Virus record (IMG/VR): IMGVR_UViG_3300005573_000857
Span: 27,894-91,893 of that record
From: a virus
Reading direction: 5' to 3' (one strand)
DNA length: 64,000 bases
Positions 46,266 to 56,441 of the stretch are shown here, in pieces (the stretch's first letter is position 1; each line of letters begins with the position of its first letter). Both the position numbers and the translations under genes were made by a program. Below the pieces are notes generated by a model. The model searched no databases and was not told the origin of the DNA. It worked only from the letters and a program-made list of their open reading frames with translations.

Positions 46266-47519
46266 TCATACAATATTATTACTTCTAGCTAAGTCTAACG
46301 TAGCTACGGCTATCCAGTCTCCACGCTTTTGGAACCTGATCTCTGAAGATTTTAAGATGTATTTTCCAGCTAAGTCTATATAGTCAGGATTCAAGCTAGC
46401 TAGCTTTACGCACTCACCAACATCGAGAAGCGAGAGAACTCTAAAGTTTCTTTCTATATGAACTGTAGTAGTAGATAGAGAAGTCAAGTGTTTACCAACT
46501 TTCGACTTAATAAAAGTTTCGTCATCTTCATAGCCAGTCTGGTCTATATAGTATCGAGTTCTATCTATAGTTCTGTCAGTATAGATCTTGTTTGTCTTGT
46601 AAAGAATGCCAACGTCAGAGCAGAGGTCATCTAAATTGTGCTCTAGTTTGTAGTACAGCTTATCTTTCGGTTTTACTATGTGCTCTAACTTTCTAGCAAG
46701 AAGAGTTGCTTTTGCATTTCCAGAGAACTGGTTCTTTATCGGAGCATACGTAATGAAACTATTGCCATCTTCTACCTCATGTAGTTTATTCTCTAACTCT
46801 TTCTTATCGAGGTCTAAAGGAAGTTGGTAGATCGTGAAACGCTGTGCTTTAGCCACTTTTCTAGACATATTGCTGATGAATAGAGTATTGTCATATCTGC
46901 AGTGTACTTCGCATGCACCATCATATAAACCAAACGTCGAGTCAATGTATTGGATTGCTCTGTGCAAAGTTAAGGGTGGTATAACTACTTGATCTATTAC
47001 ATTTTGGTTTATTCCAGAAGTATCTAGTCTAAGAGTTGCTTCGGTAGTTCCAACTAGACTCTTTATCACTTTTTCTAAAGTAGTATTAGTAAAAACGTCA
47101 TTTACTAGAGTAGTCACTGTTTTAAAGGGTTTACGACATAAGCATGCTAAGCTCATGATAGTTCTGTCTTTCTGGACTGTATTTGGTGTCATAGCTGTCG
47201 GAGAGACTGCGTGGTAGGACTTTAAGTACATGAGTTCAAAGTCAACTTGTTGTAAAGGTACTCCTTCTCCTTCTCTTGAGCCACCTTGTATTCCAAGGAG
47301 TTTAACTGTAAGCTTTATAGGGTTTTCTTCTAGAATTCGGTCTTTTATTAGATCACCGTGGCCTCTAAAAACGAACAGGTCTAAAACGACAATCTGGTAT
47401 GGAACGACTATAGACGAAATAACTCTCGCGGAAAGTAAGTCAGCTGTAAAATCTCTATCTCCTATTTTTACTTCCAGTTTATACGATCGTGTTGGGATTG
47501 CTCTTGCTTCTTGAGCCAT
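46266..47519 (-). CDS. Putative baseplate hub / tail protein
   Basis: 417 aa, beta-rich; AGKYILKSSEIRF C-terminus resembles hub-like proteins; structural-gene context. Confidence 0.5.
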   Translation of the reverse strand: MAQEARAIPTRSYKLEVKIGDRDFTADLLSARVISSIVVPYQIVVLDLFVFRGHGDLIKDRILEENPIKLTVKLLGIQGGSREGEGVPLQQVDFELMYLKSYHAVSPTAMTPNTVQKDRTIMSLACLCRKPFKTVTTLVNDVFTNTTLEKVIKSLVGTTEATLRLDTSGINQNVIDQVVIPPLTLHRAIQYIDSTFGLYDGACEVHCRYDNTLFISNMSRKVAKAQRFTIYQLPLDLDKKELENKLHEVEDGNSFITYAPIKNQFSGNAKATLLARKLEHIVKPKDKLYYKLEHNLDDLCSDVGILYKTNKIYTDRTIDRTRYYIDQTGYEDDETFIKSKVGKHLTSLSTTTVHIERNFRVLSLLDVGECVKLASLNPDYIDLAGKYILKSSEIRFQKRGDWIAVATLDLARSNNIV

Positions 47520-47522
47520 GCT

Positions 47523-47987
47523 TTATTTTTCACATTCCTTTTCCATAATCTCGAGACGAGTATAGTAGTCTGGACACTCTGCTAAGTGATCTTTGGCAAT
47601 TTCTTTCGCTATAGCTGGATCGTCTGTATGTTCCAATTCGACTTTCTGTCCCATAGCTAGCTGATGTGCATCGTACTCAGAGTCTGGAACATGTCTGTGC
47701 TTACCGACGGATAAGAATGAACTAGCAAGCCGGTAAAGAACTCTCCTAACCGCTGGTGTCGGAACTCCGATTCTTGCTGCGAATTCGTGTACATCTTGCT
47801 CTGACGGAGACTGATTTTTCTCTAGAAATTCTATGACTTCTTTCTCGAAGTCTTGCGTAACCCCAGGTACTGGTCGAAGAACACTCTTTAGAGACTGCAT
47901 ATAGTTAGGGTAGGGATTCCCACCAATGTCTTCTAGTCCTTGACCGAATGCTTCTAACATTTCTTTTAGCTTGTCAGAGATATCCAT
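47523..47987 (-). CDS. DUF5661-like protein
   Basis: QLAMGQKVELEHTDD..AKEIAKDHL.E.PDYYTRL..ME. Confidence 0.75.
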   Translation of the reverse strand: MDISDKLKEMLEAFGQGLEDIGGNPYPNYMQSLKSVLRPVPGVTQDFEKEVIEFLEKNQSPSEQDVHEFAARIGVPTPAVRRVLYRLASSFLSVGKHRHVPDSEYDAHQLAMGQKVELEHTDDPAIAKEIAKDHLAECPDYYTRLEIMEKECEK

Positions 47988-47988
47988 T

Positions 47989-49101
47989 TCAGCACCTCGC
48001 TTTTCTAGCAAAAAGAGTAATATAATATGCTAGAAATAAGTTAGTTAAGAACTGCGTTTGACTTGTAAAACTCTTAAATTTACGTTCGAAGCCAATACTT
48101 CTTAAGATTTGTAGTAGAAGATTAGTTACTTGCTGTTTAAAATGCAGTAGTTTAGATGTCCTTTTTATTGCCATGAGAGAACGAACAATTTTATAAAAGT
48201 GAGTCCCGCATAAATCAGCTACACTTTTTATCTCTCGTAAGAACAAGTCTAAAATTACTCTTACTGACTCGGAGTACTTTGGTGTCGATAACTCATTAAC
48301 AATTGCTTCTGCTAAAGTTTTAGTAGTAGAAGTAATCTTTCTAGCGTTCTCTAAGTTCTCTTCATCTATTTCACCAAACGTAGTTATTCTTCTTGCTACT
48401 TCGTTTATAAAGAGTTCTCTCTTTTCTATTGCTGGTAAGATTGTCTCTGCTCTCTCTTCTGGTTGTTCGTACGGAGTTTTATAACCAATTTTCTCCTTAA
48501 CGTTATTATGGTATGCTATTGCGAAGCTTCTAACACTCTGGTTAATTCTATGTCTTGTTTCTCCAATAAATCGAGAAATTCTGTCTAAGTCTTGTGCGAA
48601 GATGTCGCGAGCATACTTTTGTTCGAGTGCATTGGCTAAGAAGAGAAGAGCATTAGCAATAGTCTTTTCTCTCGAAAATAAGTGAGTTTTTCCTAAGTGG
48701 TCAAGAGTAAACTTGAATGCAGCTTCGTCGCAGTAAGCGGGCATAAACTTTTTCATAATATTAGCGTAGTTTCTAATCATGTGGTACATTAAAGCATACT
48801 TGAAATTTATCATATCTTTCTTTTTCAGAAAGTACCACATTAGCCAAATTGAAAACAGAGTTACAGGATCTTTCCAGAGGTTCCACTTTGCTTCTTTTCT
48901 ACCCTTCCAAAAGCGTGACACAAACTCTTTTATGTTTTGCTCGTTTAATCCGCAACTTTGTAAGAGTTCGTAATAGTAAGCTTTGTGGCTCGGAATATAG
49001 CAGGGTTTCGAAAGTTCACTCATTTCTTTTCCAACTACATCTCTTAAAAGAGATTTGAGCTTAGCTTCCTCAACACGTGCTATAGAATATAAAGTTTCCA
49101 T
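47989..49101 (-). CDS. Hypothetical protein (helical)
   Basis: 370-aa ORF within the structural cluster. Confidence 0.75.
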   Translation of the reverse strand: METLYSIARVEEAKLKSLLRDVVGKEMSELSKPCYIPSHKAYYYELLQSCGLNEQNIKEFVSRFWKGRKEAKWNLWKDPVTLFSIWLMWYFLKKKDMINFKYALMYHMIRNYANIMKKFMPAYCDEAAFKFTLDHLGKTHLFSREKTIANALLFLANALEQKYARDIFAQDLDRISRFIGETRHRINQSVRSFAIAYHNNVKEKIGYKTPYEQPEERAETILPAIEKRELFINEVARRITTFGEIDEENLENARKITSTTKTLAEAIVNELSTPKYSESVRVILDLFLREIKSVADLCGTHFYKIVRSLMAIKRTSKLLHFKQQVTNLLLQILRSIGFERKFKSFTSQTQFLTNLFLAYYITLFARKARC

Positions 49102-49127
49102 TACTGTTACCTAGCTAAATCTTTCTG

Positions 49128-49937
49128 TTATGTTGTTTCCTTTCGGAGTACTCTATTTTTTCTAATAGCAGCTTTTATAATGTCCATGCTGATTCCAATC
49201 AAGTCGGCGAACGACACAAGAGCGTTTGTGTCTTTCGGAAAGCACTTTCCTCCGAAGCCTCTCTCGTTAACAAAGACAGCCGAATGCATTTTTTCTACTC
49301 TTTTGTCAAGTGTCCAACCTTCTCTTACTACATGATAGCTAGCACCAAGTTTTTGGCACAAGTCATAGAATTCTTGACAGAAAACTACTTTTACAGCTCC
49401 CCAGCAGTTTTCCATATACTTAATGATTTCGGCTTCTACTGCAGTAGTTAAGTAGTAAGTTTTCTCTGGCCCAAGTCGTTCTACGAAAATGTCGCAAACT
49501 TTTTCTCTAACTTCTTTCTCCCCGCCAATGATAACGTAGTCATGTAATCTAGGGTCGCTCGGGTCTGGATATTTCCATGGCGAAGTGAAGTACTTGGATT
49601 CGCCAACTATCTCTGGAGAAAAACAAACATTCTTTCCAGTTTTGGCTACAATTGTATCAGTAAACGTTGGTGGGACTGTTGATTTTATTACTATATATTT
49701 GCTTTCGAGCCAAGAAATTACTTCTTCCACTATTGAGGTATCTGCTGGAAAAAATTCTTTGCCTTCTTCTATTTTCATAGGGGTTGGAACACATACAAGT
49801 GCAAGCTCGCATTCGTTTACTTCTTCTTTAGTTGCTAGACTCTTCTCTTTGTTTTCGTCATAGATAAGAGCATCTGGAAAGACTTTTTGCATAGCCTTTC
49901 CAACTGTTCCGTACCCAATAATAGCAACTTTTCTCAT
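49128..49937 (-). CDS. UDP-glucose/GDP-mannose dehydrogenase family protein (short form)
   Basis: IIGYGTVG, CVPTP, IKSTVPP, SPE, AEIIKY.EN and catalytic GFGGKCFPKD. Confidence 0.9.
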   Translation of the reverse strand: MRKVAIIGYGTVGKAMQKVFPDALIYDENKEKSLATKEEVNECELALVCVPTPMKIEEGKEFFPADTSIVEEVISWLESKYIVIKSTVPPTFTDTIVAKTGKNVCFSPEIVGESKYFTSPWKYPDPSDPRLHDYVIIGGEKEVREKVCDIFVERLGPEKTYYLTTAVEAEIIKYMENCWGAVKVVFCQEFYDLCQKLGASYHVVREGWTLDKRVEKMHSAVFVNERGFGGKCFPKDTNALVSFADLIGISMDIIKAAIRKNRVLRKETT

Positions 49938-49964
49938 TTTTTTCCTCTTGCTTCTAACTTAGTG

Positions 49965-50327
49965 TTATACTGTTTTTCTTGTCTTATATTTGTAAGCACC
50001 AATAGCACCAGCGCCAGCAGCAGCAGCAGCGCCAATAGCAATTTTTCCTTTCTTAGTCGCAGCAAGCTGTCTAGCTTTGGCTGTCAGATTTCTAAGTTCT
50101 TCAGCTTTCTTCTGGTACTGTGCTTTTAAAACCTCTTTCGAACTGCCGCGAGCGTTCTTGATTCTCTGGAGCAGTTGAGATAGAAGTTGTCTTTTAGTAG
50201 CTATCTTTTGCCTAAGAGCCGCAAGTGCTCCTTGCCCCGCTTTTGTAAGAGCACCGGCCTGCTCTTGAACTTGAATCTTCTTCAGTGCCTTAGTTACGAC
50301 TTTTTCGATTAGTTTGTCACTTACCAT
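49965..50327 (-). CDS. Basic Ala/Lys-rich putative virion (internal) protein
   Basis: N-terminus is paralogous to that of 54687-55124; hydrophobic AIGAAAAAGAGAIGA segment. Confidence 0.6.
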   Translation of the reverse strand: MVSDKLIEKVVTKALKKIQVQEQAGALTKAGQGALAALRQKIATKRQLLSQLLQRIKNARGSSKEVLKAQYQKKAEELRNLTAKARQLAATKKGKIAIGAAAAAGAGAIGAYKYKTRKTV

Positions 50328-50367
50328 TTTTTTTTGCTTCCTCTCTTATTGCGAAATCAAAAAACGT

Positions 50368-50949
50368 CTATGCATTAGTAATTCTAGAAGCCAAATGCTT
50401 TTTAGTTGCTAGAAGATCTCTAATGTTTTTCATGTGTTCTGCATACTTGGCAGAAAGTATAGCACGTTGTGGTCCTGTTGCTAACTTCATCTTTTTTAGC
50501 ACTTCACCAGCTGCTGCTCTTTCTTTGCTTAAAGCTTTTAGTACATTTGACATTCTTTGAGCTATCGCTGGAACGACTTGCTCAACATCGATTCTTTCGC
50601 ATGTTCGATTGATAATTTCTTCTATTTTTTGTCTATCATGTTTGCTTACGCTTCCTCCCAGAATAGCGATGTTATTAGGGCGAGATGTAGACAATGTTAG
50701 AATTTTCTTCTTAATTTTTTCTATCCTATCTTTAGATTTCCGAATTTCTTCTTCGTAGTAGCCTCTTTCTGGCCCTTTTTTCCAAGACAATTCTTTAATC
50801 TTAATTTCTAGCCCTTTTATTTTGCACTTCTCTATGCAAATCTTGTATGCAGTGCTATTCTTTTTGTACTGCTTGCATTTACGATAGCACGGAAGTAAAT
50901 CTTCTTTTTCTCGTGCTAAATTTATGTAGTCTTCCAAAAGCGTGCTCAT
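50368..50949 (-). CDS. Basic Cys-containing hypothetical protein
   Basis: GGAGG RBS before MSTLLEDY; CYRKC..YKICIEKC. Confidence 0.65.
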   Translation of the reverse strand: MSTLLEDYINLAREKEDLLPCYRKCKQYKKNSTAYKICIEKCKIKGLEIKIKELSWKKGPERGYYEEEIRKSKDRIEKIKKKILTLSTSRPNNIAILGGSVSKHDRQKIEEIINRTCERIDVEQVVPAIAQRMSNVLKALSKERAAAGEVLKKMKLATGPQRAILSAKYAEHMKNIRDLLATKKHLASRITNA

Positions 50950-50951
50950 TT

Positions 50952-51353
50952 TTAAGCCTCCATTAAGCTTTCTAAGCGACTGATTTCTTCTGCTAATACT
51001 TGTCTGCAAGATCCATCGCTACCGCAAGCAGACATATTAGCTTCGAGGCACTCTTTTATGCGTTGCAGTTTTTCAGTACACTCTTGAGAAAGAGTCGCTT
51101 CTTTAGCAAACTCTTTACACTCTGCAATTATTCTAAGAGCAGATCCAGCTCCTCCGTAGCCGACAAACTCCGAGAGTTTTTTGCCTCTCTTAGTATAATG
51201 AGGTTTGTAGCCCTTCTTTTTCATATACCAAGCTAGAGCCCAAGGGCTTTTAATTTTCTTATGCTTTTTCATCGCTTTAATAGTTCCTTCCCAGTCAGGA
51301 GGAGCTACTTCTTGAAGAAACTCCAAATAGGTGTTTAGTAATTTGTTTTTCAT
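50952..51353 (-). CDS. Hypothetical virion-associated protein
   Basis: APPDWEGTIKAMKKH..SPWALAWYMKKKG; C-terminal Cys motif. Confidence 0.65.
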   Translation of the reverse strand: MKNKLLNTYLEFLQEVAPPDWEGTIKAMKKHKKIKSPWALAWYMKKKGYKPHYTKRGKKLSEFVGYGGAGSALRIIAECKEFAKEATLSQECTEKLQRIKECLEANMSACGSDGSCRQVLAEEISRLESLMEA

Positions 51354-52165
51354 TCTTGCTCACCAACTAAGTGTTTTTGGATTAAGTTTTTCAATCCCTG
51401 TTTATCTTGTTCTTGAATCTTTTTCCACGTTTCTTCTTTCTTTAAGAGTGACTCTACTCTTTCTTCTGTTTCTGGGTGTGAAGCAAAAATATTTCCGATC
51501 TTTTTATTGACACGACACAAGAAACCGCAGAACTCTTTTTTCTTACTGTACTCTTCGATTTTTTGTAGAGCACTTGCTAGATCTTGAGCATAACCAAACT
51601 TGACAGTGTAAGCGTCAGACCTCTTTTCTTGCATTCTCATTAAGAACGCGATAGCAACCACTTCACTAAGTGCAGTTAAACCGACAACAGAAGCGACGAG
51701 TGCTGACCTGAGAGCAGGCCCTCCAATCCGCTGCTTTATCACGAAATTTGTTGCTCTAGCAATAACTCCTGTTAAGCCAGCTCTTGCCGCTAAAACTGAA
51801 AGAAGGAGTGTAAATGAGTCGTACGTTTTCAAATGAGCAATCTCGTGGAGAGCTACTGCTATTAATTCTCTCTCAGTACACATTTTTACAAGTCCTCTTG
51901 TCATAAAAATAGTTCGCGGAATAAGACTAGTGCAAAACGCATTCGGAACTTTTGTGACAAGTTCGAGAATTTTATAGTCAAATCCAGTGCTTTCGATAAG
52001 TTTAAGTTCTAAGTCATTTCTCCTCTTACTAGCTCTTACTAAGCTAGCGAAGTACAAAAATACAAGCAACAAACCACCAGCAAGAATAGAAATGTCCTGA
52101 AGAGTAACTCTTCTAAGCAACTTTTTGCTTAGTGATAGTTCAGCTAAACATTGCAAATTTTCCAT
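51350..52165 (-). CDS. M48 (HtpX/Ste24-like) membrane metallopeptidase
   Basis: PNAF, ELIAVALHEIAH, QEKRSD and ASHP..ERV; TM segments. Confidence 0.85.
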   Translation of the reverse strand: MENLQCLAELSLSKKLLRRVTLQDISILAGGLLLVFLYFASLVRASKRRNDLELKLIESTGFDYKILELVTKVPNAFCTSLIPRTIFMTRGLVKMCTERELIAVALHEIAHLKTYDSFTLLLSVLAARAGLTGVIARATNFVIKQRIGGPALRSALVASVVGLTALSEVVAIAFLMRMQEKRSDAYTVKFGYAQDLASALQKIEEYSKKKEFCGFLCRVNKKIGNIFASHPETEERVESLLKKEETWKKIQEQDKQGLKNLIQKHLVGEQE

Positions 52166-52178
52166 GTGGCTGCTCTCC

Positions 52179-54671
52179 TTATGTTAATATTTTAATTGAT
52201 ATGTCGAATGTAGTGAAGAAAACGTACTCAGGTGTATATTCAAGTAATTCTTCTTGCGTCAGACTTTCTAAATCGTAGTTGAAGAAAATATCGCAGTATG
52301 GAGAGATCAAGTTGCAATGGTCGACACCATCTATCTCTTGCACAGTTCTAATAATCTCAGAACGGTACAATTCTATTGTTGGTCCAAACCTGCTTTCGAA
52401 TTCGGATACGAGCTTGCTTTTTATAGTGTTGCTCAATTCTGTGTCGGACCCAACGTATGTCTTACTCTTAAACACTTCGAGTTCTATTTGTAGAGGAACA
52501 GTAAACTCTGGAACGACCCAGTTAGTTCCAGTATAGATTAACTTCGTTTTCTTTTCCGTCACGTAAACAATATCGTTTGTCGATGGTTCTGTAAATGACC
52601 AGAGTACACCAGAAGTCGAATCGTTCGCAATACATTGAGCTATATTATTTCTTCTTCCAAGCCAAGCTCCTTCTTCATAACCAGAAACTATGTACCGATC
52701 ACCAACTGCTGGATCTGGAGGAACACTACAGAGTCCAGAATCTTTTACTGCTACTCTTGTAACTTTATTAAACTTCATGTTAGTCATTCGACCAGTAGTA
52801 TTCGCGAACTTGAGATTCGTAAAGTCTGTAAGCATTCGATATTTATAAATACTAAAAGAAGACAACATTTTTTGTAGAACTACTAGTTCGAAATCGTCTT
52901 GGTTAATAGAATCGTAGTACGTCTTTTCTACGACCGGAACGTCATAAACTATAACTGAAGTACCGTCAACTACGACGTTAGACATCATGAAAGATTTAAG
53001 TGGCATTCTAAAAGCGAAAGTACACGAGTAAGTAGCTACTTGGGCTGCTGTGCTATCTAATAGAGTAAACAGAAAAGTAGTTTCTCCTTCTCTAATAGTT
53101 GTGTAGTCCGAAAAGGTGTAAACAAACTTCTTACTAGCAGGAACGTTTGTGAAAGTAAACGTTTCTCCGGTCTCTAGTATCTGCATTATACAGGATGCAG
53201 AACCATAATCTGGTTCACTTGAGTAGTACGTTAGTTCGAAAATCGCTCCGGAACCACTTCTTTGTACTTTCAGAGAGTTTGCAACTATGTCATATGTAGA
53301 GCCAAAGCTTTCGGCGAGAGTTAGAGAAAACTCTGAAGAACTCATTATATAGTGGTAGTATGCTTCAGTATTGATGTAGTCCAAAGTTATATCGAAAAGA
53401 GTATAGTATTTGAAGCCGTCTTGATCTTCGATAACTGTTCCCCTTGGAAGATAAGTTGTACCAAGAGGAAGAAGTATTTTCTCATTTCTTGTTGGGACTA
53501 CTACGTCGTTAAAAATTAAGCATGTAAATAATTGTATGTCGTTAACTTTTACGTCAGACCTCTTAAGAACTGGAACTGGATTTACGTTCATTGCTGGGTA
53601 AGGAATTACTACATTCGAATTCTTGTAGTCTTCTTCAGATACAAGTCTTCCCAGAGCTGAGAGATTTGCAATTGCATTGCTACGAATTTCTTCTATAGAT
53701 TCTTCGTCTTCCCCATTGACAGCAGAAGATGGGTTAACTACTGTATAGTTTACTATCTTAGTTATACCACTTTGGTTTGTATAGTAGATTCTATCTCCTC
53801 TAGTGATACTTCCTGCTATTACGTTTCCATCTGCTCCTTCTGTTTCTCTTACAGTTACTAAAACTGTTGAGTTTGGTTCTGGCTGTACTCCTATTAGACC
53901 ATTTCCAAAATAAAGCTTTCTTCCAGTAATAGTTCGTCTCGAAACGTAGCCGTAGTCTGTTGGTGACATAAGATAGAGACTTTGAAATTCTTCGTAGAGT
54001 CTCCATGACGTAGCTCCTGGACTTTTAATCGCAACAGAGAGAGCCGTCACTTTGCCTTTTATTGGAACGTCAATAGTAACGAACTGATATGGTTTTAAGT
54101 CTGCATCTATCTGGAATTCTTGAGTAGTTTCTTTATACTGCCGAACTGGTAGTATAAACTTCATTTGTGGTGTTGTAGAAGACGTTGTGTCGATTATTAC
54201 TGGTAAGTTGTAAGTTCTATTTTCTTCTACTACCACAACTGATGCGTAAGCATTATTGTGTACTGTTATGTCAGTCCTATAGTAAGTAGTAAACTGAATA
54301 TCGCTAGCGTAAAACTTGTGTCCCTGTGGTATAGAGAAACGAGCCACATTGTCTTCAAACGTTAGGGGTATTTTTACGAGTACGTCAGTAATTGCATATC
54401 TAGCTTCTTTCGTGTTGTACCCAAGAAAAGCAGAAAGATTTAGAATACTTTCTGGAAGTTGTGCTGTCGTTAAGAAGAACTCTCTGTAGACAGAAGTTTC
54501 GTAAAATAGTAAGTTCGAAGTTAATGTAGAAATTACGTTAATCAAGTACGACAAGAAAGACGTCTTCGTAAGATCTACATTCTCTAGTTCTAAATACTTT
54601 TTGACGTACTCTATAATTCTAAGTCGTATTTGGTCTCTACTTAGATAGATCTGGTTGCTTAGAGTCTCCAT
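52179..54671 (-). CDS. Baseplate wedge subunit (T4 gp6 / baseplate-J-like)
   Basis: REFFLTTAQLPESI..L...LGY, LYFGNG, TEGADGN and GEDEESIEEIR..A...RLVSEEDY. Confidence 0.85.
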   Translation of the reverse strand: METLSNQIYLSRDQIRLRIIEYVKKYLELENVDLTKTSFLSYLINVISTLTSNLLFYETSVYREFFLTTAQLPESILNLSAFLGYNTKEARYAITDVLVKIPLTFEDNVARFSIPQGHKFYASDIQFTTYYRTDITVHNNAYASVVVVEENRTYNLPVIIDTTSSTTPQMKFILPVRQYKETTQEFQIDADLKPYQFVTIDVPIKGKVTALSVAIKSPGATSWRLYEEFQSLYLMSPTDYGYVSRRTITGRKLYFGNGLIGVQPEPNSTVLVTVRETEGADGNVIAGSITRGDRIYYTNQSGITKIVNYTVVNPSSAVNGEDEESIEEIRSNAIANLSALGRLVSEEDYKNSNVVIPYPAMNVNPVPVLKRSDVKVNDIQLFTCLIFNDVVVPTRNEKILLPLGTTYLPRGTVIEDQDGFKYYTLFDITLDYINTEAYYHYIMSSSEFSLTLAESFGSTYDIVANSLKVQRSGSGAIFELTYYSSEPDYGSASCIMQILETGETFTFTNVPASKKFVYTFSDYTTIREGETTFLFTLLDSTAAQVATYSCTFAFRMPLKSFMMSNVVVDGTSVIVYDVPVVEKTYYDSINQDDFELVVLQKMLSSFSIYKYRMLTDFTNLKFANTTGRMTNMKFNKVTRVAVKDSGLCSVPPDPAVGDRYIVSGYEEGAWLGRRNNIAQCIANDSTSGVLWSFTEPSTNDIVYVTEKKTKLIYTGTNWVVPEFTVPLQIELEVFKSKTYVGSDTELSNTIKSKLVSEFESRFGPTIELYRSEIIRTVQEIDGVDHCNLISPYCDIFFNYDLESLTQEELLEYTPEYVFFTTFDISIKILT

Positions 54672-54686
54672 TTTCCCTTCCGCACT

Positions 54687-55124
54687 TTATTTTGCTGCTT
54701 TTTTGGCTCTTATAGCTTTAGCTTGCTCATATGCTTGCTTTGCTAACTCTCTTAACTTCCGTGCTTTGGCAGTTAACTTTTCTTTACATCTTTCAGGGTC
54801 TTTGGTAAACTTACACTTAGCTATAGCAGCTTCAGCTGAGTTTGCGGCTTTCGTATAGTTTTTGGCGAGACACTTTTTATAAGCTTCTAAACCAAATCTT
54901 CTCTTTACAGGTCTGCATTCATCTATAATTCCAGTTATAATGTAAGTTAACCCTAATAAACCAAGAACACCAGCGCCAGCTTTGAGCAAAGTCTTTGCTG
55001 TTAACTTCTTCGAAAGAGATGGCAATTCTTTAGCCATTGCTCGAGCTACTGGATTTGCTTGTTCTCTAATCTTCTTGTAAACTTTGTCAATAACTTTTTC
55101 TATTGTCTTGTCGTCAACTAACAT
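54687..55124 (-). CDS. Basic TM protein of the CxxxxxPxxC paralog family
   Basis: KCKFTKDPERCKEKL; one TM segment. Confidence 0.65.
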   Translation of the reverse strand: MLVDDKTIEKVIDKVYKKIREQANPVARAMAKELPSLSKKLTAKTLLKAGAGVLGLLGLTYIITGIIDECRPVKRRFGLEAYKKCLAKNYTKAANSAEAAIAKCKFTKDPERCKEKLTAKARKLRELAKQAYEQAKAIRAKKAAK

Positions 55125-55147
55125 CTTTATTTTCCTCCATTTCTTAA

Positions 55148-55798
55148 TTAAATTAAGTAAAATCCTGAGTTTTGGTCATAAAGTTGTTTCAAGTTATTGC
55201 GTATCGCTTCATTTTTAACCATCATTCTACTTAAAGTTTGAGCGTCTTCCACTGTATAGATCTTTTTCGTATAGTCGAAGAAAACTCTTTGCTTACTTAC
55301 TTGTTTGTCTATTTCGTCAGTTGTTCTAGACTGTTCAATTGTAAGCTTAAGCTCCCATAGAATTTTTCCGTTAGGTGGTCTAACCTTTACACCAGTAACG
55401 CAGAAAAGGCTATACTTATCCGGTCCTCTTCCAGCCACTAAAAATTCTTGCTCAAACTTTATCATGTCGTTTGGTGTCGGTTCAATACCATAAGACCAAG
55501 GAATGACAAACCTGCTTTCACCTTCATTTATATAGCCAATGTCTTCGGCTGTGTAGTCAGTAAGAGTTTCTTCAACCCAAAAGACAGGCAAAAAGTGATA
55601 CTTAATCCAACGGACTCCAGTCAAATCTCCTATTTTTTCGTAGTAGCCACCCATTAAGTTTTCGTCGTCCCATACAGTCGAACTTCTATCTAAATTGTAG
55701 TAAGTGCATAAGAAAGCGATCGAGTGTTTCGAGTAGTAATCGTAAACTAACTTTTGGTAGTCGTGTATATAGTCATACAGTCTTTTGTAGAACTGCGT
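55148..55798 (-). CDS. Putative virion protein, probable non-canonical ACG start
   Basis: Frame stays open 48 codons upstream of ATG 55654, up to an ACG at 55798 that follows a GGAGG. Confidence 0.65.
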   Translation of the reverse strand, partial: TQFYKRLYDYIHDYQKLVYDYYSKHSIAFLCTYYNLDRSSTVWDDENLMGGYYEKIGDLTGVRWIKYHFLPVFWVEETLTDYTAEDIGYINEGESRFVIPWSYGIEPTPNDMIKFEQEFLVAGRGPDKYSLFCVTGVKVRPPNGKILWELKLTIEQSRTTDEIDKQVSKQRVFFDYTKKIYTVEDAQTLSRMMVKNEAIRNNLKQLYDQNSGFYLI

Positions 55799-55840
55799 TT
55801 TCTTAGTCCTCCGTTTAGAAAAATAATTAACTCAAAAATA

Positions 55841-56440
55841 CTATGTCTTCTTGTATCTGGCTTTCATTCTACGAATCTGGACTCTCGCTTCTGCTTCTGC
55901 TTTCTTTTGTGTAGCATAGAGTATTAGCTTTGACATCCTCTTTTCGCATAGCTTTGGATTCTTTTGCACTGGGCATGTTTTTCTCTCTATCTCCAACTCT
56001 GTCAGTACTTTATTCCAAGATGCGAGGTCACACATTGCATAGCATAATCTTTTGTCTTTTATCTCTTTTCCGTATTCTCCTGACTGACATGCTGCTTCGC
56101 ATTTCCAGTTGTGTAAGTCATGTAAGTAACGAACTGCTGCATAAAATAGCAGTGTACCCCCTGGTATAGCTGGATGCAAGAGAGGAAGACACACAGCTAC
56201 AGCGAAACCTTTGGCCAGAATATCTGCAATAGCAGAAATGGGTTTTGCTGGAGGTTGGCCTCTCTTTCTTTCTAAGAGGATGGCGAGTTCTAGAACCTTC
56301 TCACTTGGAAGGTGCTTAACAGCTTTGTAAAGACCAAAGTGCTCTCTGAAAGTGAGTTTTCTTTTTAAAACTCTGCTTTCTTCGATTATGTCAAGCAGCG
56401 TATGCCGAACACTTTCGGTTAGCTGTTCTTTCTTTGTCAT
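55841..56440 (-). CDS. CxxxxxPxxC paralog family protein
   Basis: ESRVLKRKLTFREH (shared with 56711-57388); TCPVQKNPKLCEKR. Confidence 0.7.
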   Translation of the reverse strand: MTKKEQLTESVRHTLLDIIEESRVLKRKLTFREHFGLYKAVKHLPSEKVLELAILLERKRGQPPAKPISAIADILAKGFAVAVCLPLLHPAIPGGTLLFYAAVRYLHDLHNWKCEAACQSGEYGKEIKDKRLCYAMCDLASWNKVLTELEIERKTCPVQKNPKLCEKRMSKLILYATQKKAEAEARVQIRRMKARYKKT

Positions 56441-56441
56441 G

